Shown piece after piece: positions 10,144-19,731 of a DNA stretch of 64,000 nt (its first letter is position 1; every line of letters begins with the position of its first letter). Source of the stretch: an uncultured Acidobacteriota bacterium (lineage in GTDB: Bacteria > Acidobacteriota > UBA6911 > RPQK01 > JAPXNP01). The position numbers and the translations under genes were made by a program. The DNA lies in contig CAVZRV010000028.1 in assembly GCA_963777605.1 (NCBI GenBank), positions 96,001 through 160,000 on the forward strand, in the 5' to 3' direction. Under the pieces are notes generated by a model that searched no databases, was not told the DNA's origin, and saw only the letters and a list, made by a program, of their open reading frames with translations.

Positions 10144-11658
10144 TTGGGAAAGGGAACATCAGTGAGCAAGAAATTCAATCGTAGAATGTTTATTGGCGCA
10201 TCCGGAGCCGGAGTGGCCGGAGCCGGCCTGGTCGGTTCGAAACTTCTGGCCGGGCGCCCGAGTGTCACCGTTCAGTCGACTCTGGACAACATACGGCAAC
10301 AGTCCCAGAAGCAGTATAGCCAGCGATTCAACATGTCCGGCTACCGTGCACCGAAGATCGATACGGTCCGTATCGGGTTCATCGGTCTCGGGAGCCGGGG
10401 TCCGGGGCATGCCCGGAATATGAGCCTCCTGGAAGGTGTTGAGATCAAGGCTCTCTGCGATCTCGTTCCTGAGGAAGCGGAAAAGGTCAGGAAATGGATT
10501 GACTTTGCCGGTTTCAATCCGGACATGTACACGGGCGATGCCGATGCCTGGAAGAAGCTCTGCGATCGAGACGACATCGACCTGGTTTACATTTGCACGC
10601 CCTGGAATCTGCATACCCCGATGGCGGTTTACGCGATGGAACAGGGCAAGCACGTGGCACTGGAGGTTCCTGCAGCCGATACGCTCGAAGAATGCTGGCA
10701 GTTGGTTGAGACCTCCGAGAAGACCCGCAAGCACTGCCAGATGATGGAGAACTGCTGTTACGACTTCTTCGAACTCCTGACTCTGAACATGGCCCGGCAG
10801 GGATTTTTCGGCGATATCGTCCACGGCGAGGGCGCCTATCTCCACACCCTGCTGGAGAGCAACTTCAACAAGAACGGCTACTGGAACATGTGGCGTCTGA
10901 GAGAAAACGAACACCGGCGCGGCAACCTCTACCCCACACACGGGCTGGGCCCGATTTGCCAGATCATGGACATCAACCGGGGCGACCGGATGGAGTACCT
11001 GGTCTCCATGATGAGCAACGATTTCGAGATGAACAAAACGGCCGAGGAACTGGCGGCAACGGACAACTTCTACAGGGAATTCGTTGACCAGCCCTACCGC
11101 GGCAACATGACCACCACGACCATCCGGACCAACAAGGGACGCACGATCATGCTGCAGCACGACGTGACTTCCCCGAACGTCTACTCCAGGATCCACAAGG
11201 TCAGTGGGACCAAGGCTTCCGCCCTGAAATACCCACTTCCACCCAAAATCGCCATCGGTCATCAGGGGTGGGTTTCGGATGAGGAATTCAAGACTCTGCA
11301 GGAAAAATACACACCGGAAATCGTCAAGCGAGTTGGTGAAATGGCGAAGGAGGTCGGTGGGCATGGCGGCATGGACTTCCTTGAAGACTGGCGCCTGATC
11401 GATTGTCTGCGCAACGGGTTGCCTCTCGACCAGGACGTCTACGATGCGGCCCTCTGGACCTCGATCGCGCCACTGAGTGAGTGGTCGGTTGCGAACCGCT
11501 CCAATTCGATCGACGTGCCCGATTTCACCGGCGGATCGTGGAAGGCCAACAGCCCTGTGGACATACGGTTGGAGGAAGGCGGCAATACGAAAGTAATCCG
11601 AGCCGCCCCGCGCCGACGCCGCAGGCCCCGCCCGGCTGTCGAAGGAGTCCAAAGCTAG
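10144..11658 (+). CDS. Gfo/Idh/MocA oxidoreductase, GH109-type alpha-N-acetylgalactosaminidase-like, Tat-exported
   Basis: Tat motif NRRMFI; RIGFIGLGSRG, ALEVPAA, MMENCCY, YPTHGLGP and GGHGGMDF. Confidence 0.85.
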   Translation: MGKGTSVSKKFNRRMFIGASGAGVAGAGLVGSKLLAGRPSVTVQSTLDNIRQQSQKQYSQRFNMSGYRAPKIDTVRIGFIGLGSRGPGHARNMSLLEGVEIKALCDLVPEEAEKVRKWIDFAGFNPDMYTGDADAWKKLCDRDDIDLVYICTPWNLHTPMAVYAMEQGKHVALEVPAADTLEECWQLVETSEKTRKHCQMMENCCYDFFELLTLNMARQGFFGDIVHGEGAYLHTLLESNFNKNGYWNMWRLRENEHRRGNLYPTHGLGPICQIMDINRGDRMEYLVSMMSNDFEMNKTAEELAATDNFYREFVDQPYRGNMTTTTIRTNKGRTIMLQHDVTSPNVYSRIHKVSGTKASALKYPLPPKIAIGHQGWVSDEEFKTLQEKYTPEIVKRVGEMAKEVGGHGGMDFLEDWRLIDCLRNGLPLDQDVYDAALWTSIAPLSEWSVANRSNSIDVPDFTGGSWKANSPVDIRLEEGGNTKVIRAAPRRRRRPRPAVEGVQS

Positions 11659-11769
11659 ATTCGGTAGAGGCGGGCCTGAACCAGCGGGCTGAATCGGACC
11701 GCTGGTTCAGGCTCGCCCGTCCACGCTGCAGAGATCATTGGTTTCATGCCGTAAACCAAGAGGATCATC

Positions 11770-13675
11770 TTGTTCTTCCTGAGTTTCCATCGCAAAGACC
11801 CGCCTCCGGACCATTCCGTCAGAAGCCAGGATGTGATTGGCCACCTGATGCCGTTTGCCCAGCCTGACCGAAGCGGCACTTTCGAAGACTGCCGGGCACT
11901 GCTGATCCAGTGCGTCACTTGGAATACCGCCCCGTCCCGGGAGGAGCCGGCGCCGTTCCGTGACCCAGAATCAGGGGTCCTCGCCGCCGCCTGGGCCCGG
12001 ATCGACAACCGGGAGGAACTGGCCGAAGAGCTTGGCATGTCACGGACGGAGGCCAATCGGATCTGCGACACCGAACTGATCTGCCACTGCTACGGCAAGT
12101 GGAGAGAGGATTGTGTCGATCACCTCGTTGGTGACTTCGTCTTTGTGATCTATGACGAGAAAGAGCGTCGGGTCTTCTGCGGTCGCGACCATATGGGAGT
12201 CCGGCCCTTTTACTACTTTCTCTCCGATGACCGGTTCGTCTGTGCCACCAGCATCGCCCCGCTGCTTCATGTCAAAGACTTGCCAATCCAGATCAGCCGG
12301 AAGTGGATCGTCGACTATCTGACCCGCCTGTCGATGAGTTTTGACGAGACCCCGTATCCGCAAATCCGCAAATTGCCCCCGGCCCACACGCTCACCGTCA
12401 CCCCGGAGCAACATCGTCTCCGACGGTATTTCGAACTCTCGGCGCAACCCGGAGCTGAAGCTGAAGGACTCCCGGGAGTATGTGGACGCCTATCGAGAGC
12501 AGTTGGAAACCGCCATCAAATGCCGGCTCGCCACCGGCTACCCCCTCGGCTCCGAACTGAGCGGGGGCATCGATTCATCGACCATCACCGCCTACGCCGC
12601 GAAATTTCTCGGCCGGCAACTCACCCATTTCCACGCGTTCGCTTTCGCTCACCTGGAGATGGAACCGCAGTACATCCTTGCCGTAAGCCAGGCATACGGA
12701 CTCCCGCACACCCACGTCGTGGCGGATCGCCCCCAGGTTACAGATGCGGTCATTGACCGGTCCCTCAGGATTCTCGGCTATCCAGTCGAACACGGCAATG
12801 CCACGTTCCATGAGCTGTTCTACCAGCTGGCGGAACAACTCGATGTGCGGACCCTGCTGTCGGGATTCGGCGGCGATGAGTTCGGGACGACCATCCACGG
12901 CTACATGGTGCCCATGGAATTCATGGTGAAGAATCGTTATCTGGACCTTCTGAACATCCTCCCCGGGAAATCATTTCTCCGTCCCCTGCGACTCGCAAAG
13001 CTGGCGCTCAGAAGAGTGAAAACAAGGAACTTCACCCGCCCTGCGTACAACCCCCGGTTCTTGCAGGCCTGGAACAACCGCTGGCCCCATCAGATCGTGA
13101 CCGACGAGGCGATCAACGCATTCGATCTAAAGACGCGCCATTTCGAAAATGCCCGGTTTGATGCCGGCTACACCGACCTCAAGCGATTCACCATTGAAAA
13201 GCGCTGGATGCCTTTCGTGCCCACCCGCATGGAGAACTGCACTCTCATGGCCGCCGGGCGCAAGATCGAGTACCGCTGGCCATTGCTGGACGTGCGCCTG
13301 GTGAAACTTTGGCTGAGCATCCCGTCAGAGGAAAACTACTTCAGGGGAATGGGCCGCTACCTTCATCGCCGGGCCATCGTCGGGGTCGTCCCGGATCTGG
13401 TCACCTGGAAGGCAAGTAAGGACATGGGAGATCCCGCTCCGAGTAGTGATGCCGTATCCGAGGCGCGCATGGATACCAACGTCCTGGACCAACTCCATCC
13501 GGATCTGAAAGGACTAATCGACGTCGAGAAACTCACTCGACAGGCCGGCAAGATCGCGGACGCTGACACTGCAAGAACTCCTGCTCTTCGCACTCAGATC
13601 AGTCGCAACCTGCGCGCAGTAAAACACCTCGATTACTGGCTAAAGCACTGTCCACCCGGAGCCTCCATAGTGTAA
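11770..13675 (+). CDS. Lasso peptide cyclase (asparagine synthetase-like, C protein), split by one frameshift near 12445
   Basis: Frame 1 has RIDNREEL, LVGDFVFVIYD and RDHMGVRPFYY. Frame 2 has ELSGGIDSS, LLSGFGGDE and PLLDVRLV. There is no N-terminal catalytic Cys, and B1/B2/precursor genes are nearby. Confidence 0.85.
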
Positions 13676-14941
13676 GCCGGAGGCATCCCCGCGAGCAGGC
13701 CTCCGTGGATGAGCTGGGGGATCAGGGTTCCCCACCCGGTGTTTCCCTCCAGCAGGAAGGGACCCTGATCCGTAACCACGTAATCCCAGGCAATGGCATA
13801 GACATCCCGGAAGTGTTCGTGCGCGGCAATGGAGTGCCCCTTCATTTCGGCCCAGAAGGGGACAGTCCGGTTTTCGGCCCTGGCGTAGGTTCCCAAAGGC
13901 GGGCTTCGGCTCCGACGGGGAATCGATCCGGCGTCCCACGGCAGGGTCTCTCCACTTTCCCGGTCAATCGGAAGAATGATGTGAAAGGCCCGCCCTCTCG
14001 GAAGGGGCTTTTGGCGGCCTCGTTCTGTCATTGGCCCGGGAATCTCCAGCACGGCTGCGTAGCAACGAGCCGATCGACCGGCCGGGGCCTCGGTAATGAC
14101 CCGGACAGTGACGGCATCATCGCTTTCACAGAGTCCGGCCAGGTCGGGATGGTTCGGCATCAGGGGCTGAACCAGGTAGGGTTCCTGTGCCAGGCTCTCT
14201 CGCAGGCGATCCCACGTCGCTGGGCAAGTCGTCATCCCCTGCCGCGTTTCAAACACGGAGAAGACGGGATTCACCACCGTCCCGCTTCACGACAAAACAT
14301 CCCCGCCCGGCCGACCCGTGGCGAGGTTTGACGAAGAGCCCCGGGTACCCGGTCATCTGAACCGACGCACTGAAATCGCCCCCTGGAGGAATCACTTCCA
14401 GGGTGGGAACCATGGGAATGCCATCTTGACCCAGGATTTCGGCTGTCGCCTGCTTATCTCCGAGAATCCGTCCAGACTCACCGCGGTTCCCGTTTCGCAG
14501 ATCGCGCCATCGATGAAATGCCGGTAGTTCATGGGTGAAGACGTAATTCCAAATCCGCTTGTCTTGACCCTTCCGATACAGCCGGAAAGCATATGTTTCC
14601 GACGGCGGGATACAGCAAGCCAGCGCAACCCGAATCACACGCAGGAACTGGGAGATCATCCCCATGCCGTCCCTATCCCTGACGGTTGGCCCCAGCCGCC
14701 TGACCGCGCGAAAGGTCCCCCGCCAGGAGGAGAAAAGCGTCCAACGGAGATAGAGAAACGCCTCCATCACCAGGAAGAGCGGGAGAGGAGCCCGGGGAAA
14801 GCCCTTGAGCCAGAGACTTCGGTGAATGCGGACTTCAGGAGCTTGACGGGGCAAAAGATAGCGGGGACTCACCAATCCGTGGGGCAGCGAGCGGTTCAGG
14901 AGATGGCGCCTCACGAAACTCCGGAAACTCATCTTGGCCAT
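13633..14941 (-). CDS. Sugar-transfer-associated-type ATP-grasp protein, frameshift near 14275
   Basis: ILGDKQAT, LFVKPRHGSAGRG, YLVQPLMPNHP, TVRVIT and IAWDYVVTDQGPFLLEGN; start overlaps the stop of the upstream gene. Confidence 0.75.
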
Positions 14942-16261
14942 CCCGTCCCCAGCGAAGACGAAGGAGGAACCTCTCCCGAAGGAATCTCCGAGTCCGGCAC
15001 GACGACACCCCGAACGCGAAGTAGCCGGCCGGTGTCGGGGGACAGCTCTTTCGAGCTCCATTCGGAGCGACTCTTCACATCACAGCCCAGGCCAAAGTAG
15101 AAATCGCCGTTCAGGATTTCGAATGCCCGGGCGAACGTCGAAGCGGTGAAATGCAGGACCTCGAACCATTCCCTTAGATCACGGCTGCCGATTACCGCGA
15201 CCTCAACGCCGGCTTCACCGGTCGGCCCCTGCAAAAGCACAAACGCGACTCCATCTTGAACGATCAGGTCTCTCGGAAACGTCCGATCCGGCAGCCGGAT
15301 GCGGGCGACCCGGCAGTTTCGAGGCGCCAGGGACTCGGCCCGATAGAGCCCGAATGGGAGCGGACCGGCGGAGCCGATGTAGAGCGCCGCATCGCCCACA
15401 GCCGTGGCCCGATGGATCGAGGATGCTCGCCCCCGGACCTCCGTCGTTTCAGGAAACAACTCCCCGGCGGTGAGGTCGGGCCTGCGCGAAAAGCCCTTCC
15501 CGTCTTCGGCCAGTTCGTAAACCGCGGAATAGTACTTCTCCCGGCCATGGTGCAGTGATCCACGTCTCCAGCCCCGGGCCGGGAAAAACGTCGGTGGCGT
15601 AGAGCCGTCCCGAGACCTGGAGAAAAGTCTGAACGGCATATCCGCCCAGTGGAAAAACCTTCCACGATCCGCCGCGATCTTCGGATACCGCGACCGCCGA
15701 GCCGTAGCCATTGAAATCGACATACCAGGGGACCGTATCCGTAGCCTTAAGCCCGACATAGAGACTCCCGGCGTGGCCAGTCAGAGCGGCGGCATGAATC
15801 GCCCGGGGAATCGTCCGCAACTTCCGCCAATTTCCGCCGGGTTCCCGGCGATAAAGGTTTCCGAGCTCCCAGCCTTCTCTCGGATCGGCACCCGGAATGT
15901 AGAGCGTATCCTCGACGATCTCAAAGCGGCTGATCTCCTCTTCGTCGACTTCCCCTTCCCGAACCACCGTTCCTGCGTCCGGGTCCCACGCCAGAATCGG
16001 CACCGGTCCCGCATTCGGGGCAGGACCGCTGTTGTCGTAGTTGCCCGCGCCGATATAGAGACGCCCGCTGAAAGCCTGCAGGTCCCAGACGTTGCGTGCA
16101 TAGACGGCATCTCCTCCTGAATAGCGGTCAGCAAACGGGATACCAAGGTCCTCGACGCTAGCTGCCCCTCCGGAAAAAGGGCTCACCGGGGGCGCCGGAA
16201 AGCAAAGTCCCCCCATAAACAGAACAGCCAGGACAGTGAAAAGGCTGGCTCGAAACTTCAA
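14929..16261 (-). CDS. Secreted beta-propeller-like hypothetical protein, frameshift near 15555
   Basis: Signal peptide KFRASLFTVLAVLFMGGLCFPA; repeated blades (FSGRLYIG, HAGSLYVG, VSGRLYA, LNGDFYFG); Asp-box SEDRGGSW. The longer ORF call upstream runs through repeat DNA. Confidence 0.6.
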
Positions 16262-16325
16262 TTCGCATGAATTGGAAGACTTGGACGACTTGGACTCGTT
16301 TGAGCCGGGCTTGATGCGGTCGGTG

Positions 16326-17188
16326 CAGAGCCGGGGACGCGATCGTCGGCTGGATCCTGGTTCCTGGCCCGGCAACAGTTCGGCGGTTCGCCAAAGTTCC
16401 GCAGGCGCAGGCCCGGTGAGGGCCTGCCTCTGTGTGCTCGACGGTCTTGCGGCTGGCGCCAAAACACAGAGCCGGGGGTAAGGCGAAGCCGCGCCCCCGG
16501 GTTCCTGGCCCGGCACCAGTTCGGCGGTTCGCCAAAGTTCCGCAGGCGCAGGCCCGGTGAGGGCCTGCCTCTGTGTGCTCGACGGTCTTGCGGCTGGCTC
16601 CAAAACGCAGAGCCGGGGGTAAGGCGAAGCCGCGGCCCCGGGTTCCTGGCCCGGCACCAATTCGGCGGTTCGCCAACGTTCCGTGGGCGCAGGCCCGGTG
16701 AGGGCCTGCCTCTGTGTGCTCGACGGTCTTGCGGCCGGCGCCAAAACACAGAGCCGGGGGTAAGGAACGCGCCCCCGGGTTCCAAAACACAGAGCCGGGG
16801 GTAAGGCGAAGCCGCCCCCCCGGGTTCCTGGTCCGGCACCAGTTCGGCGGTTCGGCAAAGTTCCGTGGACGCAGGCCCGGTGAGGGCCTGCCTCTGTGTG
16901 CTCGAGGGTCTTGCGGCTGGCGTCCAGACGCAGAGCCGGGGGTAAGGAACGCGCCCCCGGGTTCCAAAACACAGAGCCGGGGGTAAGGCGAAGCCGCCCC
17001 CCCGGGTTCCTGGTCCGGCACCAGTTCGGCGGTTCGGCAAAGTTCCGTGGACGCAGGCCCGGTGAGGGCCTGCCTCTGTGTGCTCGAGGATTTTGTGGCT
17101 GGCGTCCAGACGCAGAGCCGGGGGTAAGGCAAAGCCGCGCCCCCGGGCACATCAGGTCAGGTTTCACTCGATGCCGCGCCCCCGGGCA
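16326..17188 (+). repeat. Palindromic repeat array A (REP/BIME-like), 5 units of 141 or 182 bp
   Basis: Units start at 16360, 16501, 16642, 16824 and 17006. Each has the hairpins GCAGGCCC-GGTGA-GGGCCTGC and CCGGGGG-TAAGGCGAAGCCGCG-CCCCCGG; an optional 41-bp module is present in some. Confidence 0.95.
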
Positions 17189-17259
17189 TGTCGGGTAAAA
17201 CTTCACTCTCAGAATCATTCCCCGCGAGGTCGGAGCTCCCCGCAGAACAAGAGCAAAAG

Positions 17260-17562
17260 TCAGTCTGCGTCTTCCACGATCCGGATCGTGCCGTCAGACG
17301 CCAAGTCGTTCAGAAAGTCCAGGACGTCCTCCTGACAACGGCCCTCGTCAACCTCGTAGCGCGCCATCATTGTCTCGCAGATCTCCGACACCCGAACCGG
17401 GTTCTCAAGAAGATCCCAGATTTCACTGGCAATCACGTCAAGCCCGGAATAGGTGCCGTGTTCGACGCTCATCATGACCACTTCATCGTCGAGCAGGCTG
17501 GTTAAAACCTCCTCGGAACGGGCGATCGTCGATCCCAGTTCGACGGTCTTCTGTTTCTCCAT
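17260..17562 (-). CDS. Lasso peptide RRE (PqqD family, B1 protein)
   Basis: LDDEVVMMSVEHGTYSGLDVIASEIWDLLENP...CQEDVLDFLNDL; directly downstream of the precursor. Confidence 0.92.
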   Translation of the reverse strand: MEKQKTVELGSTIARSEEVLTSLLDDEVVMMSVEHGTYSGLDVIASEIWDLLENPVRVSEICETMMARYEVDEGRCQEDVLDFLNDLASDGTIRIVEDAD

Positions 17563-17689
17563 AGCCTATCACCACCAGCCTGAACGAACCGATCAGCAGC
17601 CCGGTATCCCCAACTCGACTGAGGTACAGGTCCGATTTCAGTGACGTTTCCGCGGACTCCAGCAGGAAACTGCTATGCTGCAATCGCCC

Positions 17690-17884
17690 TCAAGACGGAC
17701 CCGACTGGTACTTCGTCTCAAGGGAAATGAAGCTTGCTTTCCCTTCCGTAAGGCTTGCAGCCATTTTTCGCCTTGCAGGGCGTGACCAGGGTCGTTTCCC
17801 GCTGCGGGACCGCAACGGAGAATTTTCCAGAGTCCCGTTGACCTTGTCCACACCTGGCTGACCTCGCCGTTCGACTCGTGACAT
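17690..17884 (-). CDS. Lasso peptide precursor 1; predicted core GKASFISLETKYQSGPS (Gly1-Glu9 ring)
   Basis: Leader with WxxP motif (WSRP), Thr at -2 (LTE|G), Gly1, Glu9 and C-terminal Ser; GGAGG RBS; adjacent to the RRE gene. Confidence 0.85.
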   Translation of the reverse strand: MSRVERRGQPGVDKVNGTLENSPLRSRSGKRPWSRPARRKMAASLTEGKASFISLETKYQSGPS

Positions 17885-18030
17885 ATAGATTCCTTCCTCC
17901 AGCCCTTACCGGCCGGCGCTTCGTACTTGGCCCCATATAATCGCACGCCCCCCCCCACAAAGGCAATCCTCCAACAGGCTTCACGATTGAGAAAAGACAT
18001 CGGATCGGCTATTGATTCACGCTCGCCGAG

Positions 18031-18813
18031 GGCGCGATCGTCGGCTGGATCCGGGTTCCTGGTCCGGCACCAGTTCGGCGGTTCGGCACAGTGCCGTGGA
18101 CGCAGGCCCGGTGAGGGCCTGCCTCTGTGTGCTCGAGGATTTTGCGACTGGCGTCCAGACGCAGAGCCGGGGGTAAGGAACGCGCCCCCGGGTTCCAAAA
18201 CACAGAGCCGGGGGTAAGGCGAAGCCGCCCCCCCGGGTTCCTGGCCCGGCACCAGTTCGGCGGTTCGGCAAAGTTCCGTGGACGCAGGCCCGGTGAGGGC
18301 CTGCCTCTGTGTGCTCGACGGTCTTGCGACTGGCGCCAAAACACAGAGCCGGGGGTAAGGAACGCGCCCCCGGGTTCCAAAACACAGAGCCGGGGGTAGG
18401 CGAAGCCGGCCCCGGGGTCCCTGGCAGGGCAACGCGTTTGGGAGAGTCACGCAAAGCCAGAATGGGTGCTGTCGCCAGAGCATACCGACGGCTTGTGGGT
18501 TGGTGGGCGACCCCGTGGACGCAGGCCCGGTGAGGGCCTGCCTCTGTGTGCTCGACGGTCTTGCGGCTGGCGCCAAAACGCAGAGCCGGGGTAAGGCGGC
18601 CCCGCGCCCCCGGGTTCCTGGCAGGGCAACGCGTTTGGGAGAGTCACGCAAAGCCAGAATGGGTGCTGTCGCCAGAGCATACCGACGGCTTGTGGGTTGG
18701 TGGCGACCCCGTGGGCGCAGGCCCGGTGAGGGCCTGCCTCTGTGTGCTCGACGGTCTTGCGACTGGCGCCCAGACGCAGAGCCGGGGGTAAGGCGAAGCC
18801 GCGCCCCCGGGCA
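18031..18813 (+). repeat. Palindromic repeat array B, 4 units, mosaic of two linker types
   Basis: Same hairpins as array A. The first two units carry the array-A linker; the last two carry the linker found in the RAYT-flanking array at 41-45.6 kb. Confidence 0.95.
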
Positions 18814-18886
18814 TGTCGGGTAAAACTTCAACTCTCTGAATCATTCCCCGCGAGGTCGGAGTTCCCCAAGAGAACAAGAGCAAAAG

Positions 18887-19165
18887 TCAGTCTGCGTCTT
18901 CCACGATCCGGATCGTGCCGTCAGACGCCAGGTCGTTCAGAAAGTCGAGGACGTCCTCCTGACAACGGCCCTCGTCGACCTCGTAGCGCGCCATCATTGT
19001 CTCGCAGATCTCCGGACTCGAACCGAGGTACAAGGTCCCAGATTTCAGTGGCAATGTCAGCCCGGAATAGGTGCCGCGTCGACGCTCATCAAGACACTGC
19101 ATGCTGCAGGCTGGTAAAACCTCCTCGGAACGGGCGATCGTCGATCCCAGTTCGACGGTCTTCTC
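18887..19165 (-). pseudogene. Second copy of the lasso RRE (PqqD/B1), disrupted by indels
   Basis: C-terminal EICETMMARYEVDEGRCQEDVLDFLNDLASDGTIRIVEDAD is identical to 17260-17562; the 5' half is homologous at DNA level but contains several indels. Confidence 0.8.
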
Positions 19166-19247
19166 TTCAGATTCTCAAGCACCGCTCTAAATCCGACTGG
19201 GCCTACGGAATCACTTCAGTGGAAAGCCCGCCAACCGGCATCTGTCC

Positions 19248-19439
19248 TCAAGAGGGCGCGCTGTTGTATTTGGTGCCCAAAGTCTCTGATGAGGGACGAC
19301 AATCTTCCCTTCTGTAAGGTTTGCGGCCAATCTTTCGCCTCTCCGGGCGTGACCAGGGCCGTCTCCCACTACCGGGCCCCACCGGAGAACGTTCCGGGGT
19401 CCCGTTAACCCTATTCCGCTCCTGGTTGACCTCGTCCAT
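19248..19439 (-). CDS. Lasso peptide precursor 2 (two compensating indels); reconstructed core approximately GKIVVPSSETLGTKYNSAPS
   Basis: DNA is homologous to precursor 1. RRPWSRPERRK and SETLGTKYNSAPS* are in one frame, and AANLTEGKIVV is in the shifted frame between them. Confidence 0.7.
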   Translation of the reverse strand: MDEVNQERNRVNGTPERSPVGPGSGRRPWSRPERRKIGRKPYRREDCRPSSETLGTKYNSAPS

Positions 19440-19731
19440 TCGTCTAGTGACAGTAACTTCCTTCCTCCAGCCCTCACGGGACGGCGCTTCGTACTTGACC
19501 CAATTATAGTCGCACGCCCCCCCACAAAGACAATCCTCCAACAGGCTTGACGATTGAGAAAAGACATCGGATCGGCTATAAATTCAGGCTCGCCGGCCGG
19601 TGCTGCATGCCTCCGATTGGCCGCTTTCAGGTATTCTCTGGTGTGAGACAGAAGCGGTGGGTTCACGAATCGATCGGGTGGGTAAGGTCCGGTTGACCGA
19701 ACAACGACGCCAAAAGGATTGAAGAGGGTTT

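Noticed and set aside
10159-11652. 497-aa ORF antisense to the GH109 gene
   Set aside because: Same shadow-ORF pattern; no recognisable domain.
11770-13675. Housekeeping asparagine synthetase AsnB
   Set aside because: Lacks the N-terminal Cys glutaminase nucleophile (MCGI) and lies beside lasso B1/B2/precursor genes.
17260-17562. PQQ biosynthesis operon
   Set aside because: No pqqA, B, C or E is present; the PqqD fold serves here as a lasso RRE.
16158-18831. Long repetitive ORFs across arrays A and B, including the 5' extension of ORF 15449-17218
   Set aside because: They are open in several frames on both strands because the DNA is GC-rich repeat, and the translations are low-information. 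A signal peptide marks the real gene start near 16261.
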